Origin: Candidatus Aldehydirespirator sp.
GTDB taxonomy: Bacteria > Actinomycetota > Acidimicrobiia > Acidimicrobiales > Aldehydirespiratoraceae
Assembly (NCBI GenBank): GCA_965220645.1
Contig: OZ244836.1
Location: forward strand, 1,472,237-1,536,236
Reading direction: 5' to 3'
Length of the DNA: 64,000 nucleotides
The stretch's first letter is position 1. Every line of letters begins with the position of its first letter. Under the pieces are notes generated by a model. The model was not told the origin of the DNA. It made no database searches and worked only from the letters and a program-made list of their open reading frames with translations. Of the stretch, positions 7,248 to 16,225 are shown in pieces. The position numbers and the translations under genes were made by a program.

Positions 7248-7276
7248 TTGCGTTTTCTACGGAATTTCCGTAGAAT
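7248..7276 (+). promoter_or_regulatory. sigma70-type promoter candidate with an embedded palindromic operator
   Basis: TTGCGT (7248-7253), 17 nt, then TAGAAT (7271-7276). A 9-bp inverted repeat, TTCTACGGA-att-TCCGTAGAA (7255-7275), fills the spacer. The ATG at 7283 is 7 nt after the -10 box, so the mRNA may be leaderless. The local sequence is about 33% GC. Confidence 0.5.
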
Positions 7277-7282
7277 GCTTCT

Positions 7283-8618
7283 TATGATCACAAGTTACTT
7301 AGATTCATCGGGCACCAGTGCGCTACTGTCCTTCACCGCAAGAAACGTCCGTTGCTACCGTGACGAGGTCCACCTGTCGTTTCTTGGAACCCGGATGTCC
7401 GAGGAGGGTGTTGTCCGCCGTGTCTCGGTCGCAGGGAGCGACAGACCGATCTCGGTGTCGCCTGTCGCAGGGATCTTTGGCGCCAACGCCTCGGGCAAGA
7501 CGGCGGTCCTCGAAGCGATGGAGGACATGCGCATCGCGGTGATGAAGCCCTTCCATCGCAAGGATCCGACAGAATCGATGGGTCGTCGCCCCTTCCTGCT
7601 CGACGGAGAGAGCAGAGGACGCCAGTCGAGCTTCGAGACCGAACTCATCGTCGGGGGCGTCCGCTGGCAGTACGGGTTTGACATCGACGACCGCCGGGTT
7701 CTCAGCGAATACGCCTATCACTTCCCCAAAGGCAGGCAGGCGCTGGTCTTCCATCGAGAACCTGACAGCGTTGCCCTCGGGTCGTCTCTCCGATCCTCGG
7801 GCCGCGTGCTCCGAAGCCTCCTTCGCAGCCACTACCTGTTGCTCTCAGTAGCGGGCGTCGCAGAGATCGAAGGCTTGGAAGCGCTGTACGGGTGGTTCCA
7901 ATCGAATCTGTTGCTCACAAAGCCGACCAAGCGCGGCTGGGGTTCCGCCCTCACCGCCGATCTAGTGCAGTCGCCGCATACGAAGCCGAGCGTGCTGAGT
8001 CTGTTGCGGTATGCCGATCTCGGCGTTGTGGATGCTCACAAGGAGCCACCCGATCCCGAGTTGGTGGAGCGAGTGCGTCAGGCTCTTCGCGGCGCCCACA
8101 ACAGTCGTGAAGCGATCGGCACCGATGATGAGCTTGTGATCGAAGGAGCAATGAGGCTCACGCACTCCAGTCCTGCCGGGGAGTGGCAACTTGAGCCCGA
8201 GGACGAGTCCCAGGGCACGCAAGCGTGGCTCAGCTTGATCGGTCCGGCATTGAGCGCGTTGAACGGCGGGACAGTTCTGCTGGTCGATGAACTTGACGCG
8301 AGCCTGCACCCTCACATCGTGAGGAGTCTCATCAGGTTGTTTCAGGACGATCACACGAATCCGCGCTGCGCCCAACTCATCTTCAACTCGCATGACACGG
8401 GCGTGCTCGGAGACAGCGACCGGCGCTCTATTGGCCGCGACCAGATCTGGTTCACGAATAAGGACCTCGCTGGTGTCACTTCTCTCTATCCGCTCACGGA
8501 CTTTGCGCCACGGCGGGACGATGCGGTCGAGCGACGCTACCTCCAGGGTCGCTACGGAGCGGTTCCCTTGATGAACCCAGCTGACGCGGAGCGGGCGCTT
8601 GGCCTAGTAGACGCGTGA
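7283..8618 (+). CDS. AAA15/AAA_21-type ATPase (RloA/AbiLi-like)
   Basis: ORF 7218..8618, trimmed to the ATG at 7283. Walker A is GANASGKT, Walker B is LLVDELDASLHP, and FNSHD follows. N-terminus (LLSFTARNVRCYRDEVHLSF) is typical of this family. Confidence 0.85.
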
Positions 8619-9241
8619 ACCGGCCGCGCCGGAAGGTCCGCCGGAGAGTCGTCCCGCAAGGCGGGAGGACCTCTGAGAGAGTTCGCGTCATCCGGGTCCA
8701 CACGGAGGGGCGCGTGACGGAACGCGATTATCTAAACCATTGGGCCAGGCTCAACAGCGGCGTTCGGATCGACTGGGGCGAGTCCGGAGTTGATCCCATG
8801 AGCCTGGTCAGTCGGGCTCAGGCGGAACTCCGTCAGAGCAGCGTGAACACGCGGCGTCACGGCGTAGCCGACTTCGACGACACCTGGTGCGTGTTCGATG
8901 TTGATACTCACGCCAACGCCTCTCAAGCGATTCTGACTGCACAGCGGAGCGGAATCAGCATCGCGGTATCGAATCCCTGTTTCGAGATCTGGCTGGTGCT
9001 GCACTTGGAGGACCGACTAGGGCCTCTTTCGGGCTTGGAGATTCAGCGGCGAGCATCGCGTTCAGGTCTCGTGCGAAGAAAGAGCGTCCCGGAGGGCGCG
9101 TGGCGTGTCCTTGAAGACAACTATGAGGACGCCAGGCGGCGGGCAAGGGAGTTGGACGCTTGGCATGATGGCAACGATTCGCCTCCACGGTCCAATCCCA
9201 GTTCCGACGTCTGGCGACTCGTGGACCGCTTGCGATCATAG
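8615..9241 (+). CDS. RloB-like protein (AbiLii-like, Toprim-related)
   Basis: ORF 8615..9241. The GTG start overlaps the ATPase stop (GTGA). RloB signatures: HTEGRVTERDYL, WCVFDVDTH, SNPCFEIWLVLH. Confidence 0.8.
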   Translation: MNRPRRKVRRRVVPQGGRTSERVRVIRVHTEGRVTERDYLNHWARLNSGVRIDWGESGVDPMSLVSRAQAELRQSSVNTRRHGVADFDDTWCVFDVDTHANASQAILTAQRSGISIAVSNPCFEIWLVLHLEDRLGPLSGLEIQRRASRSGLVRRKSVPEGAWRVLEDNYEDARRRARELDAWHDGNDSPPRSNPSSDVWRLVDRLRS

Positions 9242-9270
9242 GGTTCAGCCGCGGTGGCGGCGGGAAGCGG

Positions 9271-9795
9271 GTGACTCGGATGGGGGAGCGGCCGGTGGTG
9301 TACATGGTGTGCACCGGCAACGCGGCCCGATCGCCGATGGCCGCGGCCATGCTGCGAGACCTCGACACCGAGGGTCGACTCGATGTGCGCAGCGCAGGCA
9401 TCCTCGCGCTGGAGGGCCACCCGATGGGAACCCGCACCCGGTCGGCGCTGGCCCGCCACGGGCTTGTCGACCACGCCCACCGGTCCCGGCAGTTCCGCGC
9501 CACCGACGCAGCCGACGCCGATCTGGTGGTCGTGATGGAGCCACTGCACCTGTTGTGGATGAGACGCAACCTGTCTGAGGCAGCCCCGATCACCGCGTCG
9601 CTGCGCCGGTTGGCCCGCGACTTGCCCACCACCGGTGAGATCGGTCAGCGGATCGCCTCGCTCGGCTTGGCTTCACTTGACATGGAGCCGTGGGAGGAGA
9701 TCGTCGATCCCGGCGCTGGCGATCAAGAGGGCTTCGATCGCTGCTCCGACGATCTGCGGCTGTTGGTGGCCGAACTGCACCGTCGGTTGGCATGA
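9271..9795 (+). CDS. low-molecular-weight protein-tyrosine phosphatase / arsenate-reductase-fold protein
   Basis: ORF 9271..9795. P-loop VCTGNAARS (CX5RS). An alternative ATG lies at 9280. Confidence 0.85.
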   Translation: MTRMGERPVVYMVCTGNAARSPMAAAMLRDLDTEGRLDVRSAGILALEGHPMGTRTRSALARHGLVDHAHRSRQFRATDAADADLVVVMEPLHLLWMRRNLSEAAPITASLRRLARDLPTTGEIGQRIASLGLASLDMEPWEEIVDPGAGDQEGFDRCSDDLRLLVAELHRRLA

Positions 9796-9934
9796 TCCAC
9801 CGGGTTGCCGGACTGGGTGCATGAGGGCGGCCGCGGCGGTCGGGACATGACAATCCGACCGAGGCCCTACTGGCGCGACGGTTTGACTAGGGCGTTCGCT
9901 TGATCGCGGTGCCGACGAGCGTCAACTGTTTGGG

Positions 9935-10609
9935 CTATTGGAGTGAGGCCAGGAAGGCCGAACGCTTCGCGGTGGCGCCGAGCGGGTTGATGCGGAAGGA
10001 CTCGAGAGTCGACGCGGTGCGGGCTTCGGAGACGTCAGCAATGCAGTCGGTGAGCACCAGGCAGTCGTAGCCCCGGTCGTTGGCCTCCCGGACCATCGCG
10101 CTCACACAGCAGTCCGCGGTGGTCCCCATGATCACCAGCAGATCGATCCCACGGTTGCTGAGTCGCTGGTCGAGATCTGTGGAGTAGAACGCGCCGTGAC
10201 TCGGCTTGTCGATCACCCACTCGCCCGGTGCCGGGGCCACGGAGTCCACGATCTGCCATCCGGGTTCCCCCCGCACCTGGAGTCGCCCGTAACGGCCTTC
10301 ACGCCCGACCGGGTGCCCACGGGCGATCGCCCGGGCCACCTTGGTCGGGGGGCAGTCCGACAAGTCGGCGCGGTATCCCTCGCGGGTGTGCACTACCAGC
10401 ATTCCGGCTGCCCGTGCCGCGGCGAGGACCTCTGCCACCGGTCCGAGCGCCGATTGGATGTGAGCCGTGTCGAGCCCGAGATCGGCGAAGAACCCGTCCG
10501 GAGCGCAGTAGTCGACTTGCCAATCGATGCTCAACAGCGCGCAGCGACCGATCGCAAAGCGTCCAATGATCGGCCACTGGTACTGCTCGGCCGACACCTT
10601 CTCCAACAT
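9935..10609 (-). CDS. isochorismatase-family cysteine hydrolase
   Basis: ORF 9935..10609. GTTADCCVSAMVREANDRGYDCLVLTDC gives the catalytic Cys context. Confidence 0.85.
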   Translation of the reverse strand: MLEKVSAEQYQWPIIGRFAIGRCALLSIDWQVDYCAPDGFFADLGLDTAHIQSALGPVAEVLAAARAAGMLVVHTREGYRADLSDCPPTKVARAIARGHPVGREGRYGRLQVRGEPGWQIVDSVAPAPGEWVIDKPSHGAFYSTDLDQRLSNRGIDLLVIMGTTADCCVSAMVREANDRGYDCLVLTDCIADVSEARTASTLESFRINPLGATAKRSAFLASLQ

Positions 10610-10662
10610 CGCAAGCAGCCTTGCATCTCAACAGACACCGCACCACATGGCACCGCGGCCAA

Positions 10663-11460
10663 TCACAGTGCGAAGGAGCGGGGCCAGTCGTCGGAGCGCA
10701 TCAGCGCGTCGGTGCCGCCGTCGACGTAGAACACCGAGCCGCAGGCGAACCTCGCCACCGGCGACAGCAGGAACTCCACCCATTCCGCCAGCGCGTCGGC
10801 GTCAGGTGTCTCGGTCACCGGCACCGGGAAGGCCTCCATGAGCGGGCCGTACACGTCGTCGGCCTGGCCCTTGCGCAGCAGCGGCGTGTCCACCGGCCCC
10901 GGCGCGATCACGTTGAGCCGGATGCCCTCGCCCACCCATGGCTCGGTCACCGCGGTGCGGCGGCACCAGCGGGTGACGGCCAGCTTGGCGCCTCCGTAGG
11001 CCACGGCAGGAGCGAACACCGGGTCGACCTCGTCGATCAGGGCCACGGCGTCCTCTTCCCGGCCTTCCAGGTAGGCCGCCACCAGCTCGTCTGCCAGGTT
11101 GGGAGTAGTGGTGGACGAGTTCGATCCGAACTGCACAACCTGGGCCCCACCCGAAGCGGCCAGCGCGGGCCGCAGTCCCTCGAGCAGTGCCACCGATCCG
11201 AAGTAGTTGACCCGGGCAATCAGCTCTCCTTCCACCGGCGGACCGAGGCCCGCGGCCGAGACCACGCCGTCGAGAACTCCGCTGGCCGCGTCGATGGCTG
11301 CATCGACAGCTTCAGCCCGACCCTCGGGCGTTCCCAGGTCGGCGCTCACCTCGGCGTTGCGCAGGTCGATGCCAATTACTTCGTGTCCCGCGGCCTCGAG
11401 TCGTCGCCTCGTGGCCGCCCCCATGCCCGAGGCGGAGCCGCTGATCGCGTAGCTGCCCAT
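10663..11460 (-). CDS. SDR family oxidoreductase
   Basis: ORF 10663..11478, trimmed to the ATG at 11460 (MGSYAISGSASGMGAATRRRLEAAGHEVIGID). YGGAKLA motif present. Confidence 0.85.
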   Translation of the reverse strand: MGSYAISGSASGMGAATRRRLEAAGHEVIGIDLRNAEVSADLGTPEGRAEAVDAAIDAASGVLDGVVSAAGLGPPVEGELIARVNYFGSVALLEGLRPALAASGGAQVVQFGSNSSTTTPNLADELVAAYLEGREEDAVALIDEVDPVFAPAVAYGGAKLAVTRWCRRTAVTEPWVGEGIRLNVIAPGPVDTPLLRKGQADDVYGPLMEAFPVPVTETPDADALAEWVEFLLSPVARFACGSVFYVDGGTDALMRSDDWPRSFAL

Positions 11461-11526
11461 CCGTCCATCCTGCCCCAACCCTCAGCGGGTGTCGCGACTG
11501 GCCGATCGGAGGGCCAGACTGTGGCC

Positions 11527-12258
11527 ATGGACTCCGAGGCAATCGTCAACCAGATCGAGTTCGACGGGCGACGCCTGATCGAGGTGGCCCGATCCGACCT
11601 CGGCGCCGCCGTGCCCACCTGCGGCGACTGGACGCTGCGCGACCTGGCCGGGCACATGGGATGGGTGCATGGACTGGTGAGCAGCTACGTGGCCGGCCGA
11701 GCCACTGAGCCCCTGTCCCGGGAGCAGATGCCCCAGGTGCCCGACGACGACTCTGCCGTGGACTTCGCGGCGGCCTCACTCGGTCGGCTCGTCGACGCGC
11801 TGGCCGGAATCGATCCCGACACCCCGGTGTGGAACTGGTCGCCCCGGCCCGACGCCGGCTTCTACTTCCGCAGGATGCTGCACGAGACCAGCGTCCATCG
11901 CTGGGACGCCGAGCACGCGGTGGGGGAGTCCGGTCCCGTGGACGGCGATCAGGGCCGCGACGGGGTCGACGAGTTCTTCGATTTCGTGCTGCCCAACGCC
12001 CAGAAGCGCAAGCGCCGGGATCTTCCGGCGGGCAGCCTGCATGTGCATCGCACCGACGGCGACGGTGAGTGGATCGTGCACGCCGACGGCGACGAAGTGG
12101 TCATGGAGCGCGCCCACGTCAAGGGCGACGCCGCGGTGCGAGGACCGGGCGGGGCGTTGTTCCTGGCCATGTGGAACCGGCTGCCGCTCGACGACGCCTC
12201 GCTTTCGGTAGTGGGCGACGAGGCCACCGCCCGGGCCTGGGCGGATCTCGCCCCGTGA
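11527..12258 (+). CDS. maleylpyruvate-isomerase-family mycothiol-dependent enzyme (DinB/MDMPI_N fold)
   Basis: In-frame tail of ORF 10621..12258, from the ATG at 11527 (MDSEAIVNQIEFDGRRLIEVARSDLGAAVPTCGDWTLRDLAGHMGWVH). Confidence 0.8.
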   Translation: MDSEAIVNQIEFDGRRLIEVARSDLGAAVPTCGDWTLRDLAGHMGWVHGLVSSYVAGRATEPLSREQMPQVPDDDSAVDFAAASLGRLVDALAGIDPDTPVWNWSPRPDAGFYFRRMLHETSVHRWDAEHAVGESGPVDGDQGRDGVDEFFDFVLPNAQKRKRRDLPAGSLHVHRTDGDGEWIVHADGDEVVMERAHVKGDAAVRGPGGALFLAMWNRLPLDDASLSVVGDEATARAWADLAP

Positions 12259-13088
12259 ACACGGCCTTCGGCGCGGACGGGTCCGATCCAGGGACCGACA
12301 AGACGGGGACGGAGCGCTCGGATCTGCCGGCCGCGGACACAGCTGGTCCGGCGGCCGGCGCGGCCAGTCCGACCGGCTCCGCCATGTTGCAGTCGCGCCG
12401 CATGGCTTGGGGCGCCGGTAGCCAGATCGACCAGCTCATGCCGGTGGTGCTGTTCTTGGTCTTCTACAACCTGGACGCCGTCCAGGTCGGCGGCCTCAAC
12501 AACATCGAGGTCGCAGTCGCAGCGGCCACCGCATGGTCGATCAAGGCGGCCTACAGCCGTGTGCGTCGGGGCCTGCCCATAGGCAAGTGGCTGCCGGTTA
12601 TCACCGGGTACCTCGTCGTGCGGGCCGCGGTGAGCATCGCAGTGGAACGCGAGCTAGTGGACTTCGGTGTCAGCTCGGAGGCGGTGTACTTCGGTATCGG
12701 CATAGGCACCAAGATGCTGGTGGGGTTGGCGGCCGCGGCCACGATCCTCGCCGGTTGGCCCTTCATGCTGTGGGTAGCCCGCCGCTTCCTGAACCTGCCC
12801 GAGACGGTGCAGGGACACCCCGACTTCGTGGCCACGATGCAGGGCGTGACATGGGTGATTGCCTTCTACGAAATCGGCTCGTCGGTGTGGGACGTCTGGC
12901 TGTACAACAACTCCGAGCTCAACTCGTTCGTGATCATCCGCTACTTGGGCAACTACCTGGCTTCGTTCGTGCTGATATTCGCCACGCTCCTGTACGTTGA
13001 CCGCCGGTTCTCCAAGATCGAGGGATGCCCGAGCCTGGTCGATCTGGTGAGCCGGGCCACCCGCCGCGAGCCGGCCGAGGATTCGTGA
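12255..13088 (+). CDS. integral membrane protein (DUF3159-like) with a disordered N-terminus
   Basis: Tail of ORF 12069..13088. The GTG at 12255 overlaps the preceding stop (GTGA). There are multiple hydrophobic helices. Confidence 0.65.
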   Translation: MNTAFGADGSDPGTDKTGTERSDLPAADTAGPAAGAASPTGSAMLQSRRMAWGAGSQIDQLMPVVLFLVFYNLDAVQVGGLNNIEVAVAAATAWSIKAAYSRVRRGLPIGKWLPVITGYLVVRAAVSIAVERELVDFGVSSEAVYFGIGIGTKMLVGLAAAATILAGWPFMLWVARRFLNLPETVQGHPDFVATMQGVTWVIAFYEIGSSVWDVWLYNNSELNSFVIIRYLGNYLASFVLIFATLLYVDRRFSKIEGCPSLVDLVSRATRREPAEDS

Positions 13089-13939
13089 TCGGCGATCCGC
13101 CGGCATCAGGTCGGCTAGAGGGCAAGTCTGCCCTCGTAACCGGGGGCGGCACCGGCATCGGGCGTGCCTGCGCGGCACGGCTGGCCGCGGAGGGAGCGAG
13201 CGTGACCATCTGCGGACGGACCGAGCCGACGCTCGCGGAAGCCGCCGCGGCTATTGAGTGCGGCGGCGGGGGTTCGGCGTCGTACGTGGTGGCCGACGTG
13301 ACCTCCGAGGACGACATGGCCCGGGCCGCGCAAGCCGCGGCCGACGATGACGGCCATCTGCACGGCGTGGTGGCCAATGCCGGCGGGGGCGGGCGAATGG
13401 GCCCGTACCACCTGCTCGACACCGACGATTTCAAGCGAGTCCTCAGCCTCAACGTGGTGGGCACCATGCTCACCATCAAGCACACGGTGGAGCGTCTGGC
13501 CGCGGCCGGTGGCGGGTCGTTCGTGGCAATGTCGTCGCTGGCCGGGAACGTCACCCACCCCTACTTCGGGGCGTACACCGCGGGGAAGGCCGGCATCGAG
13601 GCGATGGTCCGCAACGCGGCCGACGAGTTCGGACCGGCCGGTGTGCGCTTCAACGCGGTCAGGCCCGGCTTCATCGCCACCGAGATCATGGAGGCCATCC
13701 CCCGCGATTCCGCCGTGTACGACAGCTACGTGCAGAACACCCCGCTCGGCGGGGTGGGACAGCCCTCTGACGTGGCCGCACTGGTGGCGTTCCTGATCTC
13801 CGACGAGTCCCGCTGGATCACCGGCACCGCCATCAATGTCGACGGCGGGCACAGCCTGCGGCGCGGCCCCGACTTCGGATCGTTCCTGCCCTACGGCGAG
13901 GACGTGAAGTCAGGCCGGGCCCGCCCCGCCAGCCGCTAG
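13085..13939 (+). CDS. SDR family oxidoreductase
   Basis: Tail of ORF 13025..13939. The GTG at 13085 is in a GTGA overlap. Motifs: LEGKSALVTGGGTGIGRA, NAGG, YTAGKAG. Confidence 0.85.
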   Translation: MIGDPPASGRLEGKSALVTGGGTGIGRACAARLAAEGASVTICGRTEPTLAEAAAAIECGGGGSASYVVADVTSEDDMARAAQAAADDDGHLHGVVANAGGGGRMGPYHLLDTDDFKRVLSLNVVGTMLTIKHTVERLAAAGGGSFVAMSSLAGNVTHPYFGAYTAGKAGIEAMVRNAADEFGPAGVRFNAVRPGFIATEIMEAIPRDSAVYDSYVQNTPLGGVGQPSDVAALVAFLISDESRWITGTAINVDGGHSLRRGPDFGSFLPYGEDVKSGRARPASR

Positions 13940-16038
13940 ACGGCGCGCAGGCGCTCCCACTCGTCCAGCAGGCTGCTGTCGACCTCTCGCACCAGCCCGC
14001 CCAGCCACTGGATCACCTCGGCCAGACGGTCATCGACCGCAGCCGATGGCACGGTCTGCACCAGCGCCTTGTAGCAGTCGGTCAGGTAGCGCAGCACCAG
14101 ACCCTCGGAGCGCTTGAGCCCGTAACGGCTCACATACTGGTTGAAGGTGTCGGCGTGCTCGACCATGTCGCGCACCACCGACTTGGGGCTGGTCCGCAGG
14201 TGTCCGACCCACGGGTGATGGCGGGCGAAGGTGTCGAAGGCGGGCTCGATGAACTCGGCCTCGGGTTTCGGCCAGGTCACCTCGGCCAGCCGCGCCATCC
14301 GCTCCTCGTACTCGACGCCCTCCTCCTTCATGCGGGTCATCAGCTCGTCGCGGGCCTGGTCCCGCTGGGCCAGCAGAACCGCCATGGGATCCTCCAGCAC
14401 CGACTCGGCCACGCTGAGCACCTGCAGGTGGTAGTCGGGAACCTCGCGGTCAAGAACCGAGATGGCTTCCACCGCGAACAGCCCCAGCGGCTGGTTCAAC
14501 CGGAACTCGTCCTGGAGGTCGATGTTCACCCGCACCGGGCGGCCCGACTTGTCCGGCTCGTCCAGCACTTCCACGATCTCCGCGTCGATCAGCGACCGGA
14601 ACACCCCGACCGCCTTGCGGATGTGTCGACGCTGGCGAGCGCGGGGCTCGTGGTTGTCGACCAGCAGGCGCTTCATGGCCGCGCAGCCGTCGCCGGGCCG
14701 GTCCAGAACGTTGAGCATCATGGCGTGGGTCACGTCGAAGCTCGAATCCAGCGTCTCGGGCGTCCCGTCCCAGAGCCTGGTCAGGGTCTTGTCGTCGTAG
14801 TGGGCGTAGCCCCTCTCGGGTGGCTTCTTCCGGACCATTTTCCGGAGCTTCTTCGGGTCTCCCGCGGCCCGCATCTCGGCTCGCTTGTTCTCCACCGCGT
14901 GCTGGGGGGCCTGCACCCACACGCTCCCCACGGTGTCGAAGCCGCGCCGGCCGGCCCGCCCCGCGATCTGCTGGAAGTCCCGAACCGACAGCACCCGGGT
15001 GCGGCGGCCGTCGTACTTGTAGAGCTGGGTGAACAGCACGGTGCGGATGGGGACATTGACGCCCACCCCGAGCGTGTCGGTGCCGCAGATCAGCTTCAGG
15101 TGGCCCTGCTGGGCCAGCTTCTCGACCAGCAGCCGGTACTTGGGCAGCATCCCGGCGTGGTGCACGCCGATGCCGGCCAGCACGAAGCGGCGCAGATCCT
15201 TGCCGATGGGCGTGTCGAAGCGGAACCCGCCCACCGCCTCCTTCACCGCGGCCTTCTCATCCGCGTTGAGCACCTTGAGGCTGGTGAGGCTCTGGGCCCG
15301 GGCGGTGGCCCCCCTCTGGGTGAAGTGCACGACGTACACCGGGGCGCGGCCCGTGGAGAGCAGCTGCTCGATGGAGACGTGCAGCGGGGTCTCGCGGTAT
15401 TCGACATCGAGCGGGACCGGCCGGTCGGCCGAGGCGACAAGGGCGGTGTCGCGCCCGGTTCGGGCGGTCAGATCGCGGCGCAGGGCGCCCGTGTCGCCGA
15501 GGGTCGCCGACATCAGCAGGAACCGGGACTTGGGCAGCTCAAGCAGGGGAACCTGCCAGGCCCAGCCGCGGTCGCGGTCGCCGTAGTAGTGGAACTCGTC
15601 CATCACCACCAGGTCGGCCGCAGTGTCGGAGCCTGCTCGAAGGGCCCGCTGAGCCAGGATCTCCGCGGTGCAGGCAATCACACCGGCATCAGCGTTGACG
15701 GAGGCGTCCCCGGTGACCATGCCGACGGAGGACGGCCCGAAAGCGGCGGTGAGCTCGAAGAACTTCTCGCTCACCAGGGCCTTGATCGGAGCGGTGTAGA
15801 TGGCCCTGCGCCCCTGGGCCAGCATGGCGAACGCCCCGGCCAGGGCCACCAGCGACTTGCCCGATCCCGTGGGCGTGGACAGCACCACGTTCTCACCGGC
15901 CAGCAGCCGAAGGACCGCCTCCTCCTGGTGGGGATACAGCTCCAACCCGGAGTGAGCCGACCACTCGATGAAGGCGTCCAGCAACTCGTCGGAGCCGGGG
16001 GTGGCCGGCAGGAAGTCGCCGAGTGCGGGCAGGGCCAT
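13936..16038 (-). CDS. DEAD/DEAH-box (Ski2/HelY-like) helicase with DUF3516-type C-terminal region
   Basis: ORF 13936..16038. Motifs: PTGSGKS, DEFH, SATL, helicase C motifs (HHAGM, QIAGRAGRRG). Confidence 0.9.
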   Translation of the reverse strand: MALPALGDFLPATPGSDELLDAFIEWSAHSGLELYPHQEEAVLRLLAGENVVLSTPTGSGKSLVALAGAFAMLAQGRRAIYTAPIKALVSEKFFELTAAFGPSSVGMVTGDASVNADAGVIACTAEILAQRALRAGSDTAADLVVMDEFHYYGDRDRGWAWQVPLLELPKSRFLLMSATLGDTGALRRDLTARTGRDTALVASADRPVPLDVEYRETPLHVSIEQLLSTGRAPVYVVHFTQRGATARAQSLTSLKVLNADEKAAVKEAVGGFRFDTPIGKDLRRFVLAGIGVHHAGMLPKYRLLVEKLAQQGHLKLICGTDTLGVGVNVPIRTVLFTQLYKYDGRRTRVLSVRDFQQIAGRAGRRGFDTVGSVWVQAPQHAVENKRAEMRAAGDPKKLRKMVRKKPPERGYAHYDDKTLTRLWDGTPETLDSSFDVTHAMMLNVLDRPGDGCAAMKRLLVDNHEPRARQRRHIRKAVGVFRSLIDAEIVEVLDEPDKSGRPVRVNIDLQDEFRLNQPLGLFAVEAISVLDREVPDYHLQVLSVAESVLEDPMAVLLAQRDQARDELMTRMKEEGVEYEERMARLAEVTWPKPEAEFIEPAFDTFARHHPWVGHLRTSPKSVVRDMVEHADTFNQYVSRYGLKRSEGLVLRYLTDCYKALVQTVPSAAVDDRLAEVIQWLGGLVREVDSSLLDEWERLRAV

Positions 16039-16113
16039 GCGGTCCGAAGGCTAGGTCATGCGCCTTCGAGGCCGCGCTGGCGGGTGATCGCCCCTGCGCT
16101 GAAGGATGTTGTT

Positions 16114-16212
16114 TCCCGCTCGTGTTCGCTGCGCTCACGGGCCGCTCGGGCCACGGCCTCGCTCGATGCCTGGCCAAGTCTCTGTGAATTGCGCTCCGTC
16201 CGCTCGGCCTCT
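16114..16212 (-). repeat. dispersed ~100-nt element, copy A (reverse orientation; upstream of the helicase start)
   Basis: The 46-nt core is at 16114-16159 and the 13-nt 5' box at 16200-16212. The core matches copies B and C apart from one polymorphic position. Confidence 0.9.
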
Positions 16213-16225
16213 TAGCGTTCCGCGG

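Noticed and set aside
9235-9245. CATAGGGT at the right edge of the patch as the att partner of CATAGGGC at 4712.
   Set aside because: The match is only 7-8 nt, which is expected by chance. It is mentioned only as a weak echo.
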